The notes under the pieces were generated by a model. That model did not search any database. It had not been told where the DNA came from and saw only the letters and a list, made by a program, of their open reading frames with translations. A stretch of DNA of 64,000 bases, from NCBI GenBank assembly GCA_965214405.1, contig OZ243956.1, positions 1,760,001 through 1,824,000 on the forward strand, given 5' to 3'. The position numbers and the translations under genes are program-made. This DNA comes from Trueperaceae bacterium. GTDB taxonomy: Bacteria; Deinococcota; Deinococci; Deinococcales; Trueperaceae. Below, piece after piece: positions 56,304 to 64,000 of the stretch; within the stretch, counting starts at the first letter, position 1; each line of letters opens with the position of its first letter.

Positions 56304-58172
56304 GTGCATCTTTTTGAGGTTGGCGAGGTGGTTGACCAGCGTTACGAGATTTCGGGACCGCTGGGGCAGGGCGGGATGGCGCAGGTGTTTCGCGCCTATG
56401 ACCGCATTTTAGAACGTTCGGTGGCGCTCAAAGTCCTGCGCCCGCACCTAACCGAAATGGACCGAGAGCGCTTCCGGCGCGAGATTAAAACCCTGGCGCG
56501 CTTGTCGCACCCCGGCATCGTCAGCATTTACGACCTCGGGCGCGGGGCGCACGTTTATTTTGCGATGGAGCTTGTGGAGGGCGGGTTGTTGACCGACGTG
56601 GGGCCGCTCGAGGCCGACGTGGGGCCGCTGGTCGCCTTTTTGGAAGCCGCCGCGACGGTGGCCGAAACGCTCGCCTACGTTCACGCGCAGGGCATGGTCC
56701 ACCGCGACCTCACGCCGCGCAACATCCTCATGACGACGCAGGGCCAGCCCAAGGTGATGGACTTCGGACTCGTGCAACTTGCGGAGGTGAGCAGGCAGCT
56801 CACCCGCACGGGTTTTACCCTGGGCACGCCGCAGTACATGGCCCCCGAACAGGCCAAGGGCAACCCCATCGGCCCGCACACCGACCTCTACGCGCTCGGC
56901 GCGGTGCTCTACAAGGCCGCCACGGGCGAGGCTCCCTTCGAGGCGGAGAACGACCAGGCGGTGCTCTACCGGCACGTTTATGAAGACCTCACGCCGCCCC
57001 TGGACCTCAACCCGACCCTGCCGCCCGACTTGTCAACACTCATCACGCGGCTTCTCGCCAAGGAGCCCGGCGCGCGCCCCGCCTCGGGCTACGTGGTGGC
57101 GGAGGCGCTGGGAAGTGTGCGGGCGCAAGTCGAGCGCGGGGGCACGCACACCCGCCTCGGGGGTCCCGGCGGGCACGGCAGGGTTGCGCACGGTCCCGTC
57201 AACCCGCAGGGGCTGCGCAAAGTTTGGCAGACCGACCTTAGTAACGGCGGTCGGGGCGGGGGGCCGCAGTGGCCCGCCGCCGTCACCGCCGCCGAGGGTT
57301 TCGTGCTCTTAGGACTGCGAAGCGAGGAGGTCTGCGTGCTGCGCCCCGCCGACGGCGGCGTCCACGCGCGCTTCGCCGCCGACGATGAAGTGAACAGCGC
57401 CGTCACATTTCATCAGGGGAAGCTTTTTTTCACGAGCCGCGACGGCGCGCTTTACGCGCTCGCCTGGCCCTCGGGCCGTCGGCTCTGGAGTGATGAGGAC
57501 GCCGCCGCCATCGGCGTATTGCCTTATGGCGCGGACCTGTTGGTGAGCACGCGTGGGGGGTTGGAGAGGCGCACGGCGGCGGGTGAAAAACGGTGGGAGC
57601 ATCCCGCGGAAACCGCCTCGAGCCCCCCCACCCTGAGCCAGGGACAAGCCTGTTTTGTGACCCAGGACGGCTGGCTCCACTGCGTCGACCCCCACACGGG
57701 CGAGGGTCGCTTCAAGCTCGAGCTCGGCTCCGTCGCCGCGCCGCCCGCCGCCAGTGGCTCTCTGTTACTTCTACCCGAACGCTCAGGCGACCTGCACGCC
57801 TTTGACGTGAACACGCACGAGGTGCTCTGGACTTACGATATGGAAGGGCCTTTGTGGGCCTCGCCGCTCGTGTGGGAGGGGCGCGTGTTCGCGGTGTCCT
57901 GGGCCGGGGTGGTGCGCTGTTTGGACTTAAAGACCGGCAACGACCTGTGGGCGACCGAGGTGGAGGGCCGGGTGACCGCCTCGCCACTTGTCGCCAGCGG
58001 CGTGCTCTACGTCGTGACCGAAGAGGGCCGGGTGCTGGCGCTTGACGGCCGGAGCGGCCACACGCTCTTTTGCGACGAGGTGAGCATGAGTCCCGTCCAG
58101 GCGAGCCCTCTCGTCCTCAACGAGACACTCATCGTGGCCGCGCTTGACGGCACAGTTCACGCGTACCGTTAG
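56304..58172 (+). CDS. Hanks-type Ser/Thr kinase with a C-terminal PQQ-type beta-propeller (RqkA-like architecture)
   Basis: GQGGMAQV, VALK, HRDLTPRN, DFG and GTPQYMAPE, then repeated ASP/G..LW blades; TATACT 6 nt before GTG 56304. Confidence 0.9.
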   Translation: MHLFEVGEVVDQRYEISGPLGQGGMAQVFRAYDRILERSVALKVLRPHLTEMDRERFRREIKTLARLSHPGIVSIYDLGRGAHVYFAMELVEGGLLTDVGPLEADVGPLVAFLEAAATVAETLAYVHAQGMVHRDLTPRNILMTTQGQPKVMDFGLVQLAEVSRQLTRTGFTLGTPQYMAPEQAKGNPIGPHTDLYALGAVLYKAATGEAPFEAENDQAVLYRHVYEDLTPPLDLNPTLPPDLSTLITRLLAKEPGARPASGYVVAEALGSVRAQVERGGTHTRLGGPGGHGRVAHGPVNPQGLRKVWQTDLSNGGRGGGPQWPAAVTAAEGFVLLGLRSEEVCVLRPADGGVHARFAADDEVNSAVTFHQGKLFFTSRDGALYALAWPSGRRLWSDEDAAAIGVLPYGADLLVSTRGGLERRTAAGEKRWEHPAETASSPPTLSQGQACFVTQDGWLHCVDPHTGEGRFKLELGSVAAPPAASGSLLLLPERSGDLHAFDVNTHEVLWTYDMEGPLWASPLVWEGRVFAVSWAGVVRCLDLKTGNDLWATEVEGRVTASPLVASGVLYVVTEEGRVLALDGRSGHTLFCDEVSMSPVQASPLVLNETLIVAALDGTVHAYR

Positions 58173-58439
58173 GGTTTGTTGACGTTTTACGTTGGTGTAC
58201 CGCCGTGCACCGCAAGGTTAGGCGTGCTGGAGGAAGTGAGGAGAGAGTGAGAAAGTAAAAAGGCTTTAAGACCCGAAAGTTGACGAGGCTAAGCTGACAA
58301 AGAGCTGACGTGAAACCGTAACGATAGGGGGCGGTAGAGGTGCAGGCAAGCGTGCTCGAGGGTTCCAGAGGACCCGCGGCAAATATGTTAAGCTCTACTG
58401 AACGCTCGAGAAACCACAAAATTAACCAAGGAGGCATGA

Positions 58440-59729
58440 ATGAAACGCGTTTTTTTGCTTATTGTACTCACAATATTTGGTCTGGCTGGTTTGGCTGCGG
58501 CCCAGACCCAAATTGAATTCTGGCACGCCTTTGGCGACGAGGCCCGGAGCGGCTGGATAGAAGACCGCGCGCGCGAGTGGAGCGAGCAAAATCCCGACTT
58601 TGAGGTCGTGGTCGAGAGCCGCGGCTCCTACCGCGACACGCTCAACGCCGCCGTCTTGGCCGCGCGTCAGGGCGAGCCGCCCCACATCGTGCAGATTTTC
58701 GAGGTCGGCTCGCAGCAGGCGCTCGACTCGGGGCTGTTCGAGCCCATCGGCGACATCGGCACCTTTGAGACGAGCGACTACATCCAGCCCGTCCTTAACT
58801 ACTACACCATCAACGGCACGACGAACTCGATTCCCTTCAACTCGTCCAACCCCATTCTTTACATGAACGAAGACATGATGACGGAAGCGGGGCTCGACCC
58901 GGCGAATCCGCCCGCGACGTACGAAGACGTCCTCGCAGCCTGCCAGACCGCTCAAGAAGCTGGGGTCGAGGGCTCCTGCATCGGCTTCAACCTGCACTCG
59001 TGGTTTTTCGAGCAGTGGATGGCCGAGCAGGGCGCGCTTTTGGCGAACAACAACAACGGGCGCGACGGTCGCGCGACCGAAGTTTTGTTAACGAGCGACG
59101 CCGCGAAAAATATCGTGAACTGGATCAAGACGCTCAACGATAACGGTTACTACACCTATACGGGCACCCTCGAGGACTGGTCGGGCTCGGACGCTATCTT
59201 TACGGAGGGCCGGGCGATGTTTCACATCACCTCGACCGCCGACATCGGCAACATCGTCGAGGCGGCGAGCGGCTTTACGGTAGACACCGCGCCCCTGCCC
59301 ATCCCGGCGGACACCGAGCGCACGGGCGTCATCGTCGGCGGGGCGAGCGTTTGGGTCATGCAGGGCCACCCCGAGGACGAACTGACCGCCGCCCGCGACT
59401 TTATCCTCTACATGACCAACACCGAGAACATGGAGAGCTGGCACAAGCTGACCGGCTACTTCCCGGTGCGCACCTCGTCGGTCGACGCGCTCGAGCAACA
59501 AGGCTGGTTCACCGAGAACCCCCGCTTCGAGGTCGCTTTTGACCAGCTCCTCAACACCGAGACCGTCCCCGCCACCGCGGGCGCGCTTATGGGACCCTTT
59601 CCCGAAATTCGCACCATCATCGAAGAGTCCATCCAGAAAGTTTTGAACGGTCAAGACGTGGACGCGGCGCTGACCGAAGCCAAAACCCTGGCGGACAACG
59701 CGCTGGCGCAGTACAACAGCAACTTCTAA
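58440..59729 (+). CDS. ABC transporter substrate-binding protein (UgpB-like)
   Basis: Signal peptide; IEFWHAF, PHIVQIFEVG, PFNSSNPILY, GGASVW and TGYFP. Confidence 0.9.
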   Translation: MKRVFLLIVLTIFGLAGLAAAQTQIEFWHAFGDEARSGWIEDRAREWSEQNPDFEVVVESRGSYRDTLNAAVLAARQGEPPHIVQIFEVGSQQALDSGLFEPIGDIGTFETSDYIQPVLNYYTINGTTNSIPFNSSNPILYMNEDMMTEAGLDPANPPATYEDVLAACQTAQEAGVEGSCIGFNLHSWFFEQWMAEQGALLANNNNGRDGRATEVLLTSDAAKNIVNWIKTLNDNGYYTYTGTLEDWSGSDAIFTEGRAMFHITSTADIGNIVEAASGFTVDTAPLPIPADTERTGVIVGGASVWVMQGHPEDELTAARDFILYMTNTENMESWHKLTGYFPVRTSSVDALEQQGWFTENPRFEVAFDQLLNTETVPATAGALMGPFPEIRTIIEESIQKVLNGQDVDAALTEAKTLADNALAQYNSNF

Positions 59730-59746
59730 AGGTTTTTTAAGAGGTG

Positions 59747-59779
59747 TATAGGGGCGTAAAGTACGCCCCTATATTTTTT
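59747..59779 (+). terminator. Intrinsic terminator or stabilising hairpin between the SBP and permease genes
   Basis: TATAGGGGCGTA-aag-TACGCCCCTATA-TTTTTT. Confidence 0.8.
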
Positions 59780-59948
59780 GCCCTGTAGCGGGTATTGTTC
59801 CTTTTAAGATTGAATTGGGTTGCGCTCGAGGGTTGTGACGCAGTCTCGGAAGTGAGCCGCCATTCCTGACATGACTGCGGTAAAATTCCGGCAAAGAGTT
59901 CAGTCTGCGAACGTTGTGAACTGCCCGTACGCCACTTTGGAGACACCC

Positions 59949-60878
59949 ATGCAGGAAAGCCCCGTGTTCAAGAGCCGCTGGACCGCCCTGCTGCTCCTCG
60001 CCCCCTCCTTAGTCATCCTCACCGTTTTTCTCTACTATCCTGCTATTCAATCATTTGTCGTCAGTCTCTACCGGAGCAACCTCATTTTGGGGACGCGGCG
60101 CTTTATTGGTTTGGGCAACTTCGAGGCCCTGTTTACGGGGCCGCTCGCGGCCATGTACCGGCAGGTGGTGGTGCAGAGCCTCGTCTTTAGCGCGTCGGTG
60201 GTACTGCTGGGGTTGTCGGTGTCGCTTGCGCTCGCGCTGCTCGCCAATCAGCCCGTGCGCGGCGCGCGCGTATACCGCCTCCTGCTCATCTGGCCCTTCG
60301 CGCTCTCGCCCGCGGTCGCGGGCACTATTTTTTCATTTCTCTTTAACCCCGAAGTGGGTACGGTCAATCAAATTTTGGGCGCGACCTTAGGGATCCAACC
60401 CCGCTGGCTCGACACACCCGTCCTGACGTTCAGCTTGGCCGTGACCGCCGCCATCTGGAAAAATATTGGCTACAACGTGGTGTTTTATCTTGCCGCGCTC
60501 CAGACCATCCCCGGCGAACTCACCGAGGCCGCCGCCATCGACGGGGCGGGGGCGTGGGGGCGTTTTTGGTCCATCACGTTTCCCCTGCTGAGCCCGATGA
60601 CTTTCTTTTTGGTTTTTACCAACCTCACCTACAGCTTTTTTGAAACGTTTGGGATGATCGACATCTTGACGGGCGGCGGACCCGTCGGCCCCGCGCCCCT
60701 AGACAACGCCGGGCTCACGACGACGATGATCTACCGGCTCTACACGGACGGCTTCGGGGGCTCGGGTAACTTGGGCTTCGCCGCCGCGCAGGGCGTGGTG
60801 CTGCTCATGACGGTCGCGGCGATTACTATGTTGCAGTTTCGCTACGGGGGCCGCAACGTCTACTACGGGGGCGCGTGA
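59949..60878 (+). CDS. ABC transporter permease (UgpA-like)
   Basis: EAA loop LTEAAAIDGA; multiple TM segments. Confidence 0.9.
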   Translation: MQESPVFKSRWTALLLLAPSLVILTVFLYYPAIQSFVVSLYRSNLILGTRRFIGLGNFEALFTGPLAAMYRQVVVQSLVFSASVVLLGLSVSLALALLANQPVRGARVYRLLLIWPFALSPAVAGTIFSFLFNPEVGTVNQILGATLGIQPRWLDTPVLTFSLAVTAAIWKNIGYNVVFYLAALQTIPGELTEAAAIDGAGAWGRFWSITFPLLSPMTFFLVFTNLTYSFFETFGMIDILTGGGPVGPAPLDNAGLTTTMIYRLYTDGFGGSGNLGFAAAQGVVLLMTVAAITMLQFRYGGRNVYYGGA

Positions 60879-61771
60879 TGCGGCGCAAAAACACTTGGCT
60901 TATCCACCTGCTCCTCATCATCGCGTGCTCGGTCGTGTGCGCGCCCATCTTGTTCGCGCTTATCAAAGCCACGCAGACGCGGGCGGTGGTGGTGTCGCCC
61001 AGCCTGGTGCCTGGTCCTGAACTGTGGAATAACGTCCGCGCGGTGTGGCAGGGGGCCAACCTGGGTATTTTCATGCGTAACTCGCTCCTTATCGCCGTCG
61101 CGGTGACGGTGGGTAAGACGGTGCTCTCGCTCACGGCGGGGATGGCGCTCGTGTTTTTCCGCGTGCCCTTTAAGCCGTTCGTCTTCGGCTTTATCTTGCT
61201 TACCCTGATGATGCCCACAGAAGTGCTCATCGTCGGGCTTTTTGACGTTGTGTCTAAACAGCCCCCCGAATCTCTGGGTGAACTCTGGACCTGGGTGCGT
61301 AATCCGCTGGCGCTCCTTACCCGGCCCACCGAGTACGGCCTGGGCTGGGCCAACACCTACTGGGCCATCATCGTGCCCTTTTTGGCCTCGGCGACGGGGA
61401 CGTTCCTTTTTCGCCAGCACTTCATGTCCATCCCCAGAAGTTTGGCGGACGCGGCCAAGATGGACGGCGCGGGTCCCTTTCGCTTTCTCACAAGCATCCT
61501 CATCCCGATGAGCTGGAACACCATCGGCGCGTTGGCGGTGATTCAGTTTGTCTACGTGTGGGACCAGTATCTGTGGCCCTTGGTCATCATCCGCCGGACG
61601 AACAAGCAGGTGATTCAGGTGGGGCTCAACCTCATTATCAGCACGGGCGAGGGGACGCAGTGGGGATACGTGATGGCGGGCGCGTTATTAGCGCTCCTGC
61701 CGCCCCTGGTGGTGTTTATCTTTTTGCAAGAGCAGTTTACGCGGGGGTTTGCGCTGTCGCAAGAGAAATAG
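60875..61771 (+). CDS. ABC transporter permease (UgpE-like)
   Basis: ASATGTFLFRQHF..LADAAKMDGAG and WDQYLWPL. Confidence 0.9.
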   Translation: MMRRKNTWLIHLLLIIACSVVCAPILFALIKATQTRAVVVSPSLVPGPELWNNVRAVWQGANLGIFMRNSLLIAVAVTVGKTVLSLTAGMALVFFRVPFKPFVFGFILLTLMMPTEVLIVGLFDVVSKQPPESLGELWTWVRNPLALLTRPTEYGLGWANTYWAIIVPFLASATGTFLFRQHFMSIPRSLADAAKMDGAGPFRFLTSILIPMSWNTIGALAVIQFVYVWDQYLWPLVIIRRTNKQVIQVGLNLIISTGEGTQWGYVMAGALLALLPPLVVFIFLQEQFTRGFALSQEK

Positions 61772-61820
61772 AAGCGTGGGAACAGGAGCGGGAGCAAGAG
61801 ACGCGAGAGAGAAACCGACC

Positions 61821-62186
61821 TTACGCTCGAGCCCTCAACACCCCCGTCACGGTCCCTAACAGCCCCCCCAAACTCAGCGGCTTGCTCAAATAACCGTCGA
61901 ACCCCGCCGCCAGCAGCGCCGCCTCGTCACCCGACAGGGCTCGAGCCGTGACCGCAACGATAGGTGCAGTCACCCCCGTCTCACGAAGTCTGTAGAGCGT
62001 TTCAGCGCCACTCACCCCCGGCAGTTGCACGTCCAGCAAAACGAGGTCAAAGCGCTCCTTTTGCGCCTTCTTAAGCGCCTCCTCCCCGCTCACCGCCGTG
62101 TGAACCGTGAAGTCGTGAAGCTCGAGCGCGTCCCCTATGAGCCGCAAAGTTTTTTCGTTGTCGTCTACCACCAAAACGCTGCCCAC
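61821..62186 (-). CDS. Single-domain response regulator
   Basis: VLVVDD, LLDVQLPG, VTA and SKP; GGAGG RBS. Confidence 0.92.
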   Translation of the reverse strand: MGSVLVVDDNEKTLRLIGDALELHDFTVHTAVSGEEALKKAQKERFDLVLLDVQLPGVSGAETLYRLRETGVTAPIVAVTARALSGDEAALLAAGFDGYLSKPLSLGGLLGTVTGVLRARA

Positions 62187-62211
62187 GTACGCCTCCGCCG
62201 CCTTCTACCTG

Positions 62212-63294
62212 TTATACCGACTTTCCAAGCGTCGGCGCGGGCTCCGAGAGCCCTTCGTCACCCGACGCCGGAGGCGCATCTTCGGTAGCCACGCGTCTCG
62301 AGCTTCCTTTGTTGAGCCCTCGAGGGAGCACAAACGAGAAGGTGCTGCCTTTGCCGGGAGCGCTTCTGACCCGCAGTTCGCCACCGTGGAGTTCAACGAG
62401 GGTTTTGCTGAGCGCGAGTCCTAGGCCCGCGCCCCCCAACCGCTCCGACACCTGCACAAAAGGTTCGAAAAGCCCCTCCACATCCTCTTCGGCGATGCCG
62501 ACGCCCGTGTCCGCCACTGTAAAGGTGACGGCGTCGGCGTCAGCCCCTAAAGAGAGCGTGACGCGGCCCCCCGGCGGCGTGAACGCAACCGCATTGGCGA
62601 GCAGGTTGAGGAGCACCTGTTTGAGCTTGAGCGGGTCGGCGAAGAGCAGGGGGGCGGGCTCGGGCAAGGCAACGTTCAGAAGAACCCCCCGCTTGGTCGC
62701 GCCTTCCCGGAGCAGCGTGAGCGCCCCCGCCGCCACCACGGACGCGTCCGTGACGCGTCTGGAGAGCGTCAGCTTACCGGCCTCGAGCTTTGACAAGTCC
62801 AACAGGTCATTCGCAAGCAAAAGAAGATGCTCACCCGATTCTCTGATGTCGCGGACGTAGCCTCGCTGCTTAGGGTTAAGAGGTCCCACCCGCTCGTCTT
62901 GCAAGAGTTCGGCAAAGCCGATCACCGCGCTCAGCGGCGTGCGGAGTTCGTGCGATAAAAATGCCAGTGCGTCCGTTTTGGGTTGGCCAGCCTCTCTGAA
63001 CGCGTTGGCGTCGCGCTCGTTCTTTTTCTCCAACCATAGGGGTCCTTTGACACTGCCAGTTACACGCCCCAGCACCCGGTAGCCCGTCCAAACGAACACA
63101 CCCCCCAGCAAAAACCCCCCGAGAAAACCGGCGAACAGCAGGCTGGCAACGCCCGCCAGCGTCAGGACGAGCAACGCCGTTAGAGCCGCGACGACAAAGA
63201 GGAACGCGAGATCTGCTCGGTTCCTCGAGAACGTTTGTCCACTAAAGGCGCGCCCCCACGCCTCTTGACTACTCTTTTTCATCCGTGCCCCCAT
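62212..63294 (-). CDS. Membrane-anchored sensor histidine kinase (HisKA + HATPase)
   Basis: SHELRTPL, NLLANA, DTGVGI, FEPF and GAGLGLAL. Confidence 0.92.
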   Translation of the reverse strand: MGARMKKSSQEAWGRAFSGQTFSRNRADLAFLFVVAALTALLVLTLAGVASLLFAGFLGGFLLGGVFVWTGYRVLGRVTGSVKGPLWLEKKNERDANAFREAGQPKTDALAFLSHELRTPLSAVIGFAELLQDERVGPLNPKQRGYVRDIRESGEHLLLLANDLLDLSKLEAGKLTLSRRVTDASVVAAGALTLLREGATKRGVLLNVALPEPAPLLFADPLKLKQVLLNLLANAVAFTPPGGRVTLSLGADADAVTFTVADTGVGIAEEDVEGLFEPFVQVSERLGGAGLGLALSKTLVELHGGELRVRSAPGKGSTFSFVLPRGLNKGSSRRVATEDAPPASGDEGLSEPAPTLGKSV

Positions 63295-63420
63295 CGAGCT
63301 CCCGTACTCTACCTACGCTCGGTGTTTGGTGCCTCTATCCAGTATGAACGCCGTGACCCGCACGCCTGGTCAAATGGTTGACGCGGGTTTTCCATAGTCT
63401 CTCTATAGTCTGCGTGCGGC

Positions 63421-64000
63421 CTACGCAGGTCCGGATGGTGCCTGCGTCGCCTCGGCGCGCACGACCTCGAGCGCCGCCTCCTCAAACCTTGTACCGGATT
63501 TCATGGTAGGTTCCTCCGTTGTCTCCTCACTTCCTGGGTGGGGCGCGACTTTCCAAAAGAGAGGCAAAGCTTGCGACCAGGACTCGAGCAGCGCGCGCGC
63601 CCGCGGGCTGCCCGTCAGCGCGAGGTGGCGCTCTACCATCGTCTTGAGGAGCGTCTTGTCAATGTCTGCGTCTACGCGATCTAAACTCACCATACCCCCA
63701 TTTACATGGGCCGCGAAGCTCTCGTCTTCATCCCACACGAACGCCGCCCCGCCCGACATGCCCGCGCCGAAGTTGCGCCCGGTGGTGCCCAAGACCACCG
63801 CGACGCCCCCCGTCATGTATTCGCAGCCGTGGTCGCCGCAGCCCTCGACGACGGCGAGCGCGCCCGAGTTGCGCACGCAGAGACGTTCGCCCGCGCGGCC
63901 CGCCGCGTAAAGACTTCCCCCGGTCGCGCCGTAAAGCACCGTGTTGCCGACCACCGCGTTCCGGTGCGGTTCGCGCACATCCGGCCCCGGCTTGACCACG
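63421..64000 (-). CDS. gltB: Glutamate synthase large subunit, C-terminal GXGXG domain (5' part outside the window)
   Basis: [34 protein letters not shown] and [11 protein letters not shown]. Confidence 0.93.
   Translation of the reverse strand, partial: VVKPGPDVREPHRNAVVGNTVLYGATGGSLYAAGRAGERLCVRNSGALAVVEGCGDHGCEYMTGGVAVVLGTTGRNFGAGMSGGAAFVWDEDESFAAHVNGGMVSLDRVDADIDKTLLKTMVERHLALTGSPRARALLESWSQALPLFWKVAPHPGSEETTEEPTMKSGTRFEEAALEVVRAEATQAPSGPA

Noticed and set aside
56174..56304. DdrO/RDRM radiation-response palindrome upstream of the kinase or repair genes
   Set aside because: No convincing 17-bp match was found by eye; a PWM scan would be needed.
62186..62214. Hybrid kinase split by a nonsense mutation
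   Set aside because: The receiver is in a different frame and has its own GGAGG RBS.
822..63910. Many long antisense or alternate-frame ORFs (e.g. 5811-6692, 21632-22327, 29381-30100, 42855-43460)
   Set aside because: They overlap well-supported genes, are Arg/Ala/Pro-rich and lack motifs. Such shadow ORFs are expected in high-GC DNA.

Overview
A GC-rich bacterial chromosomal window, most consistent with Deinococcota (Trueperaceae-like). This is inferred from gene content and from TANNNT boxes lying 5-8 nt before many start codons, not from a database search. Bases 1-11000 form a general-stress or dormancy-type cluster: two YsnF/AvaK (DUF2382) proteins, DUF3618, an NhaP-type antiporter, an FNT channel, YihY and DUF1206. 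Three proteins in this cluster share one ~75-aa C-terminal domain that I cannot name. The rest is mostly housekeeping: hslO, proS, rlmN, prfA, icd, moeA, hisC-hisB-hisH, rapZ-yvcK, murA and the gltB 3' end. There are also TPR/ankyrin proteins, a GGDEF protein, alkylation-repair genes, a Ser/Thr kinase with a PQQ-type propeller, a Ugp-like ABC transporter and two toxin-antitoxin pairs, one with an amber-interrupted PIN toxin. Window-wide signals are strong over-representation of the palindrome CTCGAG, recurrent 13-15-bp tandem micro-duplications, and a family of purine-arm/pyrimidine-arm intergenic elements. I found no rRNA, tRNA, CRISPR array, transposase or integrase. Family names come from motif recognition by eye.
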